A stretch of 63,411 bases of DNA, filler included, from Collodictyon triciliatum (lineage: Eukaryota): assembly GCA_043381765.1 (NCBI GenBank). It is 7 parts of 7 records of this genome, joined end to end, with 100 filler letters (N's around TTAATTAATTAA, not from the genome) between each part and the next. Parts side by side here need not be neighbours in the genome. Positions count along the whole stretch, not along the records: positions 48,190 to 59,875 come from JBHJMP010002972.1; positions 59,976 to 63,411 come from JBHJMP010003002.1; 5 more parts are not named here. One strand, written 5' to 3'. The notes under the pieces are model-generated. The model saw only the letters and a list, made by a program, of their open reading frames with translations. It was not told the origin of the DNA and ran no database searches. This document shows, one piece after another, positions 50,786 through 63,411 of this stretch (positions within the stretch are counted from its first letter, which is position 1; every line of letters begins with the position of its first letter). Both the position numbers and the translations under genes were made by a program.

Positions 50786-50856
50786 TGCATTGTCCGGGAA
50801 TCGAACCCGGGTCGACAGCTTGGAAGGCTATCATGCTGCCACTACACCAACAATGC
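50786..50856 (-). tRNA. tRNA-Gly (TCC), copy 2
   Basis: Same sequence as copy 1. Confidence 0.95.
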
Positions 50857-52023
50857 TTCTTGCCCAATTGGCCATCTATATTAGATTTATACCTTATATG
50901 TTTTGTAAAATATTAGATTTGTACCGTATATGTTTTTTTGTAAAAATATTAGATTTGTACCGTATATGTTTTTTTGTAAAAATATTAGATTTGTACCGTA
51001 TATGTTTTTTTGGAAAAACATTAGATTTGTACCGTATATGTTTTATATGTAATATCTATATTAGATTTGTATATATGTTTTTATATGTAAAATCTATATT
51101 AGTTTTGTATCATATATGTTATTATATGTAAAATCTATATTACTTTTGTATCATATATATTTTTATATGTAAAATCTATATTACTTTTGTATCATCTATG
51201 TTATTATATGTAAAATCTACATTACCTTTGTGTCATATATGTTTTTACATGAATTCTATACTATAATATAAGAAAATTGTTCTATATTAGTTTTGTATCG
51301 GTATATGTCATATATATTTCTCTTTCATTTTATAAATTATGTTAATGTTTTTATCATTTTATATTTTCTCATTTGTCCTTATATTTGTAGTTTTATATAA
51401 TTTGTTTTCTCATATTGATTCTATTCAATATTTTATTGTGGTTGTTTTATTGTTTGATTCTTATTTGTCATTGTTTTCCGTTTTTCCTATGTGTTTATCG
51501 TATCAATTCGATTTGCTTTCGTAATTATCACACTGTTCTTCTTCCAGATATAATTTTCGATGTACCAACTTTGAATCGAATGAAGGATATATTTTTCGAC
51601 GAATGAATTACATCGCTTTTTTTTTTTTAACAGACGTGGGTTATACAAAGAGATTATTTCGATTTTTAGCAAGCATATTTAAATTCTCAATTTCTCTCAT
51701 TCTTTTTCCCCTATAATCACAAAATATTGATTGGGAAAATACAATGATTCTTCAGCTCAATTTCTGGTTGTGTGCGAGGGATATCACAGCATTGTCCATC
51801 ACCACTTGGATATGTTCTTTATTCGCTTGTTTGTAGTTTTTCCACCACTGTGCGAGTGGAAAAAAGAAAAAAAAAGCGAGAAAAAAAGAGGAACGGATCG
51901 CTCGCTTTGTTTGGTTTTTGCTGGGCTCATTTAATTCCCAGCTTTGTCCAACCACACTTTGCAGAAAAGAAATTGAAGAGCGCGGTATCCGTGTGGATGA
52001 TTTGCAAAACATCACCGACGCGT

Positions 52024-54543
52024 TTATTCGTCCTCATCGTCAGCCGCAAGACTAGCAGATGGCTCATATCTATTTGTGAAAAAGCTGTTAAGGACAGGGC
52101 GGCAATAAATCAGGCCGGCATTCACCCTACGAATTTACTCCTTTTTCGAGTTAGATAAAGAAAAAAAATAGAAGTGAAGGAAATAAATATCATATCTGAC
52201 ATCGAGTGAAAATAAACAGTCCATAATATTATATTACTTTCTCAATCTTGTAAGCAAGTCTTTCACTTGGTCATTCTTCTTTTGTACCATTTTCTTCATG
52301 CTGACGAACTGAGAAGTTGATTGCACCTAAGGGAATCATATTATTTTAATATAAAATTTTGATCATATATACCAGCACAAATATTTCGTTTGGTGTATAA
52401 TTATAATGAAAGCAATATATCAGAAAACCAATCCTTGAAATATAAACCTTTCCAGATAGCTCCTTTCTCAAATCCTCGACTTCAGTAGTCTTGGCCTTCA
52501 ACTGAGCCTATATTGCAGGATAATTTAAGAAGGGTCAGGAATATTCGCACTGAGGTGCTGATTTTCCCTTTCTTATAAACAGACCCACCAGCAGAGCCAT
52601 TTTTGGTGAACTAAAAGGCTTGAATGTGGTTCGGGTTTGTTTTACAGTACCTCAGTTTCAGGGTCCTTCTGCGTCTTTGTAGGCTCAGCTGCCGACGCTT
52701 TCGAGCTTTGAGCGAGTTGGCGAGTCAGGTCATCCACCTTGGTCTTCAAGGTTGCAATTTGCTTCGAGTCGCTTGTCTCGCCTGCGAAAGCGTTGTATTA
52801 TTACAAGAAAGTTGGGTGGCCGAGTGTAACCGTAAAAAAAAGGGGGAAACCCCAGAGCAACAAAGTAAGCTATGTGGATAGTGATATATTTTCTCTTTTT
52901 TTCTTCTTTTTTCATTTCTGAATAAGCTCTGGTAAAAGTACAGACGGAGCTTCGATTCGTCCAGTTGCTTGCGGATTTGGTCAATCTCTTCGGTTACAGC
53001 GCTCTTTTCTTTGAGGACGGAAGTGGACTATAGTTTGGGAAACAGTAAGGTTTTCAGGGAGTTTGTGCATATGATTGTTTAAAATTAAAAAATAAAAGAA
53101 GAAAACACCCGGAAATGCGTTATTACAAGACACACATATATATGGGAAATTTATGAAATAAAAAAAAAAAGCTAATTGACAACCATCACCTGCCCCGTTA
53201 GTTTCTGAAGACGGTCACGAAGGACCTTGTTTTCCTCTCTTAGTGTGTTCACCTCTTGTAGAAGAATAGCAGGGTCGTTGCTCGATCTAATCGAATAAGC
53301 GTTATCAAAGAAGTGCGCCATGTTCGAATGACAAGGGTTGAGGTAGATATTTGAAATCATCTAGCGTCGTCAATAGTTGATAGTTTATTTGTTTATTTTA
53401 AAATATGGCTTCTTTGACTTACTTTCCAAGAGAGGGGAGTTTTTGTCCCGAGGCCAACTTTGGATAGATGACAGCATGCATTTCCGTTTGTTAGAAGTGT
53501 TTAAAAACAAGGGTATGTCTCCAGGTTTACTTATATTATTTAAGAAAAGTGTATAGATAAATGCACTTATCTAAAATGTAATTTTTTGTATGAATAATCG
53601 GATGGTTTACCTTGGTCTTCTCCTGTTCGAATTTCGCCAAGGAGCGTAGAGCGTCTCTTTTAGATTTCAATGAATTAATAAATACATAAACTGTCAATTT
53701 CAACGGACAAAGAAAGGAGTAGACGAAGGTTTGAATATTTGGATAATTTAGATTGACGCAGAAAGCTATGAAAAAATTAACCATATAAATTTACGCATAA
53801 ATTGTTAGATGGAACGGATCTAAAGTACAAACCCGTCCTCCAAACTGGCCGTGTCGACCTTCAGTTGCAAATTGAGAGCATCAGCTTGAGTAAATATAGA
53901 CTGCAGCATAAGTCCGGCGGAGTGCTGATTGGATGATACCTCCTTCTCAATAGTAGCACGCAGAGAGGCCTATTTAAGAAAGAAGAAATGAAAATATTTT
54001 ATTTGGAGACACACTCGACGTAAATGCCTTTGATTGTTTTCGGAGAGTTTGGTATTATGCATCAAAATTTCTTCACAATAGATGATAAATACGCAATAGT
54101 TAATATTCTTGTTATTTTAAAGAAGAATGATGATGCAATACCGCAAACTTATCTAGTAGCGCTACAACATCGCTACGAACAAAATGGTCGTCCACAACGC
54201 TATATACATTTTTTTTTAAAAAAATCTCAGTTGTATCGAGCAAAATATGATGTAAAAGAAAATACCAATGATAGGAAATTATTGCTTAGTAAATTAAAAT
54301 ATGTTCCACTTGTCAGGGTTTCAGATATCACCACGTTTCCACAAATCAAACTATCTCATAGCGAGATACGATGATTTTATGATACGAAAAATTAATTTGG
54401 AAAATAGGGGCGAGATAAAAACCTTGTCTCTTTGAACTCAGAGGCCAAAAGGTCATACTCACGGAGGGACTCGTCACGCTTGTACTTTGAGAATTGAACA
54501 TAGGCCTCGAAGCGCTCTTTGTAGTAAGGAGATAATTTTTCCT
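52024..54543 (-). CDS. LZTFL1: LZTFL1/BBS17 homologue (start exon not located)
   Basis: YVQFSKYKRDESLREYD...FKETR, LMLQSIFTQADALNLQLKVDTASLED, LLQEVNTLREENKVLRDRL, STQQFVSMKKMVQKKNDQVKDLLTRLRK|YEP. Confidence 0.85.
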
Positions 54544-55150
54544 GTAATATTTTGTCAATAAATTAGAACAGCACAGCTGTGAGATTTTTTTTTACCAAAA
54601 GACATATAAATAAACAAAATAAAGTAACAAAGAAACTGCAAGAACAGATGGAGGTCTTGCGTTTCAGCTGATACATTATTTGGTTTTATTTTTTGGCAAT
54701 TGTCGTGATAGGAGTGGTTAACAAAAATATGTGAAAGAATCTATTACGATACCATAATATACTTTGAATCGAATAAAGGGAAGAAAACACGATACCATTA
54801 TATCGTGTTTTCCAGCGAAAAGTGAAGGTTCTAGAAAGCTTGCGACCTACTCGAAGGGGATCGAGGTAGTACGTGAGTATTCAAAAGAACGACTATATCT
54901 AAGAGGCGCTCTGAATGTAGGAAATATAAGCCGCCTTTAAAAGCAGTGCCGGGCATGATCACGAACAAGTGGCTCCATGACAATCATGTTTATCAAGTGA
55001 AGAAAAAGAAAGATAAGAGGCAAAGAGCAAAGGAGAGAAACAGAGATGAAATAAAATGTTGTGCCGAGTGATGTGTGGATGTTGACTAAAGATGAAAGTT
55101 GGTATAACGCTTGCGATTCGCCTCGATTCGAACGCAAGCTTCTGTCGCAA

Positions 55151-55351
<201 letters not shown>

Positions 55352-55744
55352 AAATAAATAATTCAAGCTCGTGGTCTTCATAGTGTTCAAGTGCTGTGCT
55401 GACTCTCTTCCCGTAAATGTCTATGGGACAGTGCCCGTGAACCTGCTGCTTTGTTTGTGGTTTCGTTTGTGGTTGTGTTTATGATCGTGATTGTGATCGA
55501 AGAGGCCGGAGCTCTTTCTTTGGTTGTCGCAATTTACTTGGTTACGAAGATCTTTATCTATCTATATGTGGAATAAACTTTCCATCTTTGTCATAGGCTG
55601 GAAGAGTATCAGGGGTTTCGGTTCCTTTTCGTTTGCGATTTTCAATATCATTTACAACTTTTACTATCATTCACAATTTATTTTAATGCAACTTTATCTC
55701 ACAAAGCAATCATCGAATGTTTTTTCTTATAATTTTGTATTTTT

Positions 55745-56260
55745 TTCTTCCTTTCAATTTGTGTAAGATGGTGAAGATGCTGGCTTTGGTTCGCTAGTCA
55801 TTGCTTGCATGGATGCTACTTGGTGGCAGAGTAGAGAAGTAGTCGGTAATCAGCGATCGCATCCTGCAGTTTGGCCTGTAGCCTGGGTCTTGTGCTTGCA
55901 TGAGAGAGACAAGGCGAGTTTTAATATCTTTCTCAGTCTCTTCTCACAGAGTCTGAGTAATAGAGAACGCGCAGGTGGCGAAGGAAGCTATTGAGGAAAG
56001 AGATTTGTAGATGTCATCCAGTATTTTATCGGGTATGGGTGGCTGGTTGTTGAATCTTGCTTTGCGTGAGTATATGTGCGCTATCCACACAGTCCATAGC
56101 AAATGGCCTCGCGTCACTGCCCAGAATATTTTTGCCTCTGGGTGCTCAGACAGGGAGGTTTGGTGGGATTTACTAGATTAAAATATTTTTCCTTGGCTTT
56201 CTTTAAGGCGACAGATGTGATGATTGCGTAACCCTAGGCCACCAAATCCCTTAAGGTGAA
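55745..56260 (-). mobile_element. Decayed non-LTR retrotransposon (L1/Tx1-like) 3' fragment
   Basis: Minus-strand peptides KGFGGLGLRN and LLWTVWIAHIYSRKARFNN resemble L1-clade ORF2 C-terminal motifs; its 3'-terminal ~50 bp recurs at 39367-39416 and 34817-34858 with A/TAA-rich tails. Confidence 0.55.
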
Positions 56261-57382
56261 GCTCTATATAATTTTTTATTAATATTTTTATTCCCCCAAT
56301 ATGGGCCATCAAGGATACTTTGCTATTCTTTATCGTGAGGATAGAAATATACCTTTAATTTGTAGATATACTTCACACATGGCGATGAAACTTGATGAGA
56401 AGTAAAACTGCTATGTGTTCAATACCGACAAGGTATCATCGATTATTTGGCTGATTATTATTTATGTCACTATAGTGAATTGATTTATTGGTGTAAAAAA
56501 AGTGAATGAATTGGCGCTTTGATATACTTGTGAATGAATAATTGGTATTGAAATAACCCGAGGAAAGGCAGAAACGAAAAATTCTCCACAGATTCCGAAA
56601 CGGACATATTTTATCGAATTATTCTCACCATATAACCATCTCCGGAATATTCAATTCCGCCATTTCAGCCACATAAGAACTCTTCTACCAGCTCTTATCC
56701 TTATATAGATAAAAGTGCACACAGCTCACTGCACTTCGCCCTATTAAGTAAAGTGTTTTCGGCAGAGGAGGTCCCGCCGAGGCGCTTAATATCCCCGCTG
56801 CATCAATGAGCCCCGAAGCGTGAATCAAAAACACGCCAGCAGCGGATCAATGGGCGGATATATATGCACGCTCGACTTTCTCTTAGCGTAGCGTCAGTTT
56901 TGCATTCACACGTGGCTTGGAATCACCACTCCAACCCACAAACTCAACGCCCAACACAAACAGAACACAGTGGGACAGCAAGACAGAATAAAAGAAAAAG
57001 AAAGGAGATCAAGAAAGTAATCGACCCCCATTCCTCTTTTCCCTACCATCCTGCCCTGACGCACTGCAGCCAAAAGTGCTTCATTAATCCCACCGATAGG
57101 AATTGCGGCCGAAACACAAACGAATGATGACAACACTCTTCTAATATTTTGCTGGTGTCTCATTTATCTCATATCCTTTCCTTTCCCTTTTTTTTCTTCT
57201 TCTCTCTTTTCTTTTACAAATCCCACTTGCATCTATTCTGCCCATCTCCACACAACGACCCTTGCGCTTCGTCATTATGGCCACCGGTTTCATCACCATG
57301 AAGCAGCATATAACTCCTTCACCAATCAACGCAGCCCAGTGTCTCTACAGCCACTCAGCCACTGAGCCACGCGCCACGCATC

Positions 57383-58785
57383 ATGAATCTGCTCCGCGCA
57401 CACATCCCAGCCGACCCGGGCTCTGTTGCTGCTCCACTGCCGCGCATGGACGCGTGGATGAGTCGCACATCCAACTCGCACCGGTCTTTGCCGTCCAGCA
57501 CAGGCAGCCGCAACACATCGGCCGGTCGCACGTCTCGTTCGTGGGATTCGCCAACGCGCTTCAACTCGGACAAGACCCCGCCTCGCATCCCCGCACAGTC
57601 TCAGGCCAATACCTCAAAGAGCGGCAAAACAGCGGCATCTGCTTTGCCCGATAGCGCAGTCTCATTTGTCCGGGGCCATTTGACTTTTGCAAACATCGTC
57701 CTTGGAAAGAAGCCCCGATGCAAATGGTATGACACTGATGGAAATATGGGACTTGATGTGCGTCGATTCAGATGCATGTATTGTTTTTGTGTGGATGGGA
57801 CATTGTTTATTTTTATTGATTCATCGATTTGTGTTGGCATACATGCATATGTGTTCAATCTGGTGACTGAAATCATGAATTATGCGCATAGCTTGTTCTT
57901 GGGATATAAGGAATCTGGGAAATCAACGTTGATTGAGCATCTTCTTCATATGTATGCCCCAAAGTCATATGCAGCCCCATCTCTCGACGGGCTTCGATTC
58001 CCAACGAATTCTGTGGTGAAGCATAAATGCATCTTTAAGGACTACATGGAAATTCAGCTTATTGACACGCCAGGGAATTACTGGTAAGATTATTGCCCGT
58101 TCTATATCACGCTCAAAAAGACAATACATCAAAGGTTTTTCGTTTTTACTTTTTTCTTTCATTTCAAAATTCAACTTGTCGTCTCAGTATATGCATGCAT
58201 GCTAATATTTTTAATATGTATCCTTTTAGCCAAGGAAAGAACATGGCTGATATTGTGAAGTTGGATCCAGATATCGTCTTGTTTCTTGTCAACTTAAGCG
58301 ACCGGATTAACTTACCTCTTGCCCGCCAACAGTTGCATTCGCTGGTCCCGAAATGTGAGTGTTACACTTTTTTTTTTAAGAGTGTATCGGTGTGTGAATT
58401 ATACTTTTGGTAAATATCATTAGCTAAATAGAGTGTATTCTTATTTGAAAAGCAATAATTATAGATACTTTAGTATCTACTTTGTGAATACAAATAAAAT
58501 AATCACTTTATTCATTGCTAATATTCGAACAATATATTAGTACCCAGAACATCTCGTTTGGTTATACTTTCCACGAAGGAAGACCTATCCGCCTCTCCAA
58601 TCAATCGGGAATACATCCAAAACTACCTTGGCCTTGATGACTTTCCAATATCTTGCACTGTTTTGCAAGTATCTATATTTTCCAACCATTCGACGTCTGA
58701 GCTGAGCTGCTCGGCAAAGAAAGTGAGCCAGCTGATTCTAACTTTGTGTCATATGTCAAGAGATCTTCTTGCTTTAAAGGAATGA
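57383..58785 (+). CDS. Atypical small GTPase (Arf/Ras-like) with Ser/Arg-rich N-terminal extension
   Basis: G1 LFLGYKESGKST, G3 LIDTPG, IVLFLVNLSD, G4 ILSTKED, I..YLGL across 4 exons. Confidence 0.7.
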
Positions 58786-60200
58786 GGGTGATGTTTGTTA
58801 GCTTTAACATCACTTTCACTTATCATTTATCTTTTTTTTCTCTTCGAACCTATCACTTTTCAAGTCCTTTGTATTTGTCTATTCTAATGTAATAATTAAA
58901 CTTATCTTTGCGACGGTACTTTTATCTCCCACAACAACAAATAAAACCATGACAAACATTGTAATCATCCGCACACGAAGACGCAGAATCAGCCCCTTCC
59001 TTCTGATTGCAGCTTATGTGTATGAATGTGAACATGAATGACACGGCTTTGCTTCAATCCATTAAAATACAAAGCCTCGATGACCTAAGCAAAGAGGTGA
59101 ATAAATAATGGATTTCACATGCTAGTGCCATTCTTCTCTATCCATACGGCGGAAATACAATCTGGCCAGGTACAGTTGCGAGTTGGAGTTCAAATGATTC
59201 CTTTTGCGCATCTCTATAGATAACGATTTGGTTTGTCTGCCCGCACAACCACTCCATTGTCGTCTTGTAAGATGGCAAACCTCCTTTCTTTTCACTGCAG
59301 TGTGCTTCATCATCTGGCATCGGCCAGCTCACAAGCGTCAGGATTGTGTATTTGGTGTTTATGAATCAAAGGAAAAGAAAAGAGAAGAGGAAAATACGGG
59401 TCTGTGTGACATGACAAAACACCCGAACAAAGTCAAGCAATCGCTTCCCTCTTATGACGATCTCACATTTCTTCCCCCCTTTTTTTTCTTTTTTTTCTTC
59501 TTTTTAGTAAAAATCCACTCTATTGCTTAGACATCCTCTCTATTGAACCCTTCTTGCTCTTTTTCAAGTACAGAGATAACTAGGCTTGTGACCGCAACGA
59601 AGCAACAAAGCAGACAGAACAAACCGCTCGCGTATCTCTCACCTATAGGCGAAGCCCTGAACAACGAGAAAAAAAACTGGAGAGGGTGAGGAACCTTTGA
59701 CACAAGTTTCAAGCGAGCCAAGGATGCCCCCTAAAGCTAAAGACGCGAACAAAGCTGCACGAGCAGATGCCAGCCACCTCCCGCCGGTCGGGGCCTCACA
59801 AGGAAAATTCAAAACGACCCAGGTGCTTGAAAACCCAGCCCTTTTTTTTTTTTTTTTCGTGAAGAGACAATAACANNNNNNNNNNNNNNNNNNNNNNNNN
59901 NNNNNNNNNNNNNNNNNNNTTAATTAATTAANNNNNNNNNNNNNNNNNNNNNNNNNNNNNNNNNNNNNNNNNNNNACAAAAAAAACAAAAAAACAAAAAA
60001 ACAAAAAAACAAAAAAACAAAAAAACAAAAAAACAAAAAAACAAAAAAACAAAAAAACAAAAAACAAAAAACAAAAAAACAAAAAACAAAAAACAAAAAA
60101 AATTATTTACGAGTGAAGAGAAGAATGAAAAAGCAGTATACAACGTTGTCCTGTTACCTTAGGGAAACTAATCTTAAATCTCAGGACAGATTGAAATAAA

Positions 60201-63200
60201 ATGTCTGATAGATCTGGTTCCATGAAACAGCTGAAAGGTTTACGGCCAAACTGGGGGCCAACTAATCTGTCGCTCGACAACTGTACTATGCTTACATTAT
60301 CGTCCAAAAACTTGTCCTCGTTTCCACTCGCAATCCTTGAGCTAACCCATTTAGTTTTGCTTGGGATGGCAAACAATAAGCTCCGGGCTCTTCCGAATGA
60401 GATATCGAAACTCACTACATTGACCCTGCTTTGGGTGCAGAACAACAATATAACCTCGCTCCCTATAGGCATTTCCAGACTGCTGAATTTAAAGCAACTA
60501 TATATCAACAGCAACGAAATTTCCGTGCTCCCTGTTGAAGTATCTAGTTTGACTGGACTTACCTCTCTTGATATGTCTGATAATAAGTTCTCTTCTCTTC
60601 CAACATATTTTTTTGGGTTAACGAAACTCGTGTCGCTTCATATTGGATGTAATAAGATTACATCCATTCCTGCGGATATATCAAAATTAGTAGAATTGGA
60701 GGTGCTTAGCATATACGAAAATCGGGTAATAGCCATAATCACAATTTTTGAGTTCATCCTTTTTTTTTTAAAAAAAAAAAATTAGCTTAATTTTTCCCCT
60801 GATGCGCTTGATGTTTTTATTTTTACTGAATTTTCTCGAAAATTTTTTCTGATGAATAAACTACCTTTAGTTCGACTCACTTCAACCAAGTTTTTATGCG
60901 CTTACCAGTCTAAGAGTACTCCAAGTAGAGAATAAGGGACACATCAGTATCAAAAGAGCGCCAAGAGGAATCTCTAATCTTCCTTTATGGACGAGTGAAG
61001 ACTCATGCTCTATGCGTATACACAAATTGCGGTTATATGATCCTGTAATGGTCACCTCAAACTCATTGTAAATTTGAGCTTTTAGGTCATCTTAAAATTC
61101 TATATACAGGAGGAAGATATCATTGAACCAGGGTGGATAGCTGACAGCCACTACAACTGTATCCGGTCTCTTAACTTCAACGGATTCAACATATCTGCAA
61201 TACCGATTAATATTACGAAGCTTACTAACGTATCAAGCGTTGAGGCGTGTTCAAACAAAGTACCTCCCCTAGATGATTATTTTTTGTGTCCTCTGAATCG
61301 AATAAAGGAAATTTTTTTTTTTTGTGTCCTCTGACCAAAAGTTTATAAAATTACTCCTATGTGCTGAATTTTTCTTCCCACAGATAATCAAGTTCCCAGA
61401 AGTTTTTAGCTCTCTTTCTTCGATTAGGATTCTGAATCTATCAAATAATCAGGTCTTCAAAATTTTGGTCTTACGAATTTTATTTTAATAATTTTTTTTT
61501 TTTTTACTTTTCCCTTGAAACGAAAAAATGAATTTTTTTTACCCTTCTGTTTTCATACATAATATTATTCCATAATCGATGTATAAGTCTTTGCACTCAC
61601 AAAAAGGGACACACAAATATTTATATTCATATAAAATTTTGAATAAAATCATCGAAAACATATTAATAATTTATTGTAATTATGTTAATTTTACAAAGAA
61701 TCAATATATATATATATTTGCCATAGATAATTGATATACCCAAATGGATAATCGAATTAGTCAATCTTGAAATTTTTGACATGTCTCATAACGAGGTATA
61801 CCAGTTTATTAATTTTTTTATGTTATTCTTATCTTAACTTTTAAATTATAAGACTATGGAAAAATTTAAAAACTCTTCCCTCCTGTGAATCGAATAAAGG
61901 GAAAAAAATAAGACTATCTAATAGATTGATGCGAAAAAACACTACACTTCCTCATCAGAAAGTCATTAACGAGTTTTCATCAAATAAAGGTCTCTGACTT
62001 ACCAAATTTAAGGGCATTAACTGGGCTTAGAAAGCTTGATTTGACCATGAATGCATTCTCCCCAGAAGTACAAGACCTCTTTGATGCAATCAATTTGAAA
62101 GATGATCGAATTGTGTTTTCAGGAAGACATATACATCAAATACCTATAGAGATTTGCTTGGTTCCCATAGATCCAATAAGTTTTGATATGTCAGAGAACG
62201 AGGTAATATGATTATACAAATGCATTCAAGTAAAGGTCACTAAAGGCTTCCATAGGTGACAGAAATACCCGATTGGATTGGAAAGTTTAGTTCGATTGAA
62301 GATCTAGAGTTGTTTAGCAATAAGGTCTTCTCTGAGTTCAATTCAGATCATACATTTGAAATCAAAATATGATATATACTTTTATGCAGATAACAAGTTT
62401 ACCAAAGTCGCTGACAGACCTCAAAAAACTTAAAATGCTAAATGTGGGCTCAAATAAAGTACCTTACCTATGATGGATTCAATTCAAATCGATGTGTTTT
62501 CATAAGATCGTCAATATATGAAATAAAAATAAGAAAAATCATTCGATATCCTATTCGTTTATATGGTTGAACTATCTTTTGAATTGAGAAGGAAAAAAAG
62601 AGTTGAATTATCCCTCTCTTCATAGATATCAGTTATTCCAGAATATATTGGACAATTACAATCGCTAGAAAGTTGCGATATATCCAACAATTCGGTACAC
62701 ATATTAATATTGCTATATCATATTCAATGAACCAATAACTCTCAATTTCAATCAATATGGTAGTAAATTCCTTACATTTTCTAATGGCCACCAGATACAC
62801 ACCATTCCTGCGGTGATGACTGCTTTGGGAAACCTGAGAAACTTCAATATGCGATCTAATAATGTAATTCAATATAATTTATTGGACTTGTATTTATGTT
62901 ACATGAATGTTGTTTCTCATGAATTTTTTTATCAACTAATAATTTATTTAATTCTACAGTTGTCAGAACTGGACCAACATATTACAAACATGCGTGGATT
63001 AGAGACACTAGACCTTTCCAATAATGAGGTAAAACTCTCATACATTTATCTATTAATATATATACTCAGGAATGAACTTGTCCTACGACACAGTTAAGCT
63101 ATCTACCTGGCTCATTCTCAGAGCTGCGTCATGTAAGGTGTCTAAGTCTTCGTCAAAACAAAGTACATCTATTTCTTCGATTTACTCAAAATACAAAGAG

Positions 63201-63338
63201 GTCGACTATTTCAATACCATAAGAAAAAACTATTATCACACCTATGTTTAACATCGACAGAAAAATAGTTTTTAGATATACCAGATAGCATCAATAAAAT
63301 GACAACCATAGAGATACTGGATTTATCGAAGAATCAGG
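60201..63338 (+). CDS. Leucine-rich repeat protein, 3'-partial, many short exons
   Basis: Repeated LxxLxxLxLxxNxIxxLP 23-aa units; later repeats mostly one per exon. Confidence 0.92.
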
Positions 63339-63411
63339 TTCCTGAAATTACCATGCATTAATTGTCAAATATTTTAGTTAAAGTTTATGCTCCCCCCCCC
63401 CCCCCCCCCCC

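Larger units (their letters stand above)
48941..51428. repeat. Tandem duplication of a ~1.4-kb unit (48941-50029 vs 50343-51428)
   Basis: Colinear near-identical sequence at ~1.4 kb offset, with scattered SNPs and indels. Confidence 0.9.

Noticed and set aside
63392-63411. Poly-C run at the window end
   Set aside because: Homopolymer in an LRR-gene intron; likely simple repeat or sequencing artefact.

Overview
Intron-rich, microsatellite-rich genome of a flagellated microbial eukaryote (DNAI1, CFAP69 and LZTFL1 homologues). The window is not one locus: it is seven scaffolds joined by artificial N44-TTAATTAATTAA-N44 linkers (1-9544, 9645-19177, 19278-28816, 28917-38453, 38554-48089, 48190-59875, 59976-63411). 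Highlights: (i) an intron-less, apparently intact Polinton-like-virus/virophage-type module (rve integrase, TVpol-SF3 helicase fusion, two orphan ORFs, a shared upstream motif, a ~215-nt hairpin); (ii) a decayed Fanzor (eukaryotic TnpB) locus of two inverted copies that together span the whole protein, with a candidate omegaRNA; (iii) 15-50 bp poly(A)-tailed micro-insertions with target-site duplications, plus an L1-like relic with dispersed 3' ends; (iv) a duplicated tRNA-Gly + minisatellite + small-gene unit; (v) a possible structured RNA in the RPL8 5'UTR intron. Other host genes: AUH-like hydratase, EF-hand protein, p24, MFSD5, RPC9, membrane PDE, coiled-coil protein, RPL8, atypical small GTPase, LRR protein, tRNA-Asn. 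Gene models were spliced by eye, so boundaries are approximate, and family calls come from motif recognition, not database searches.
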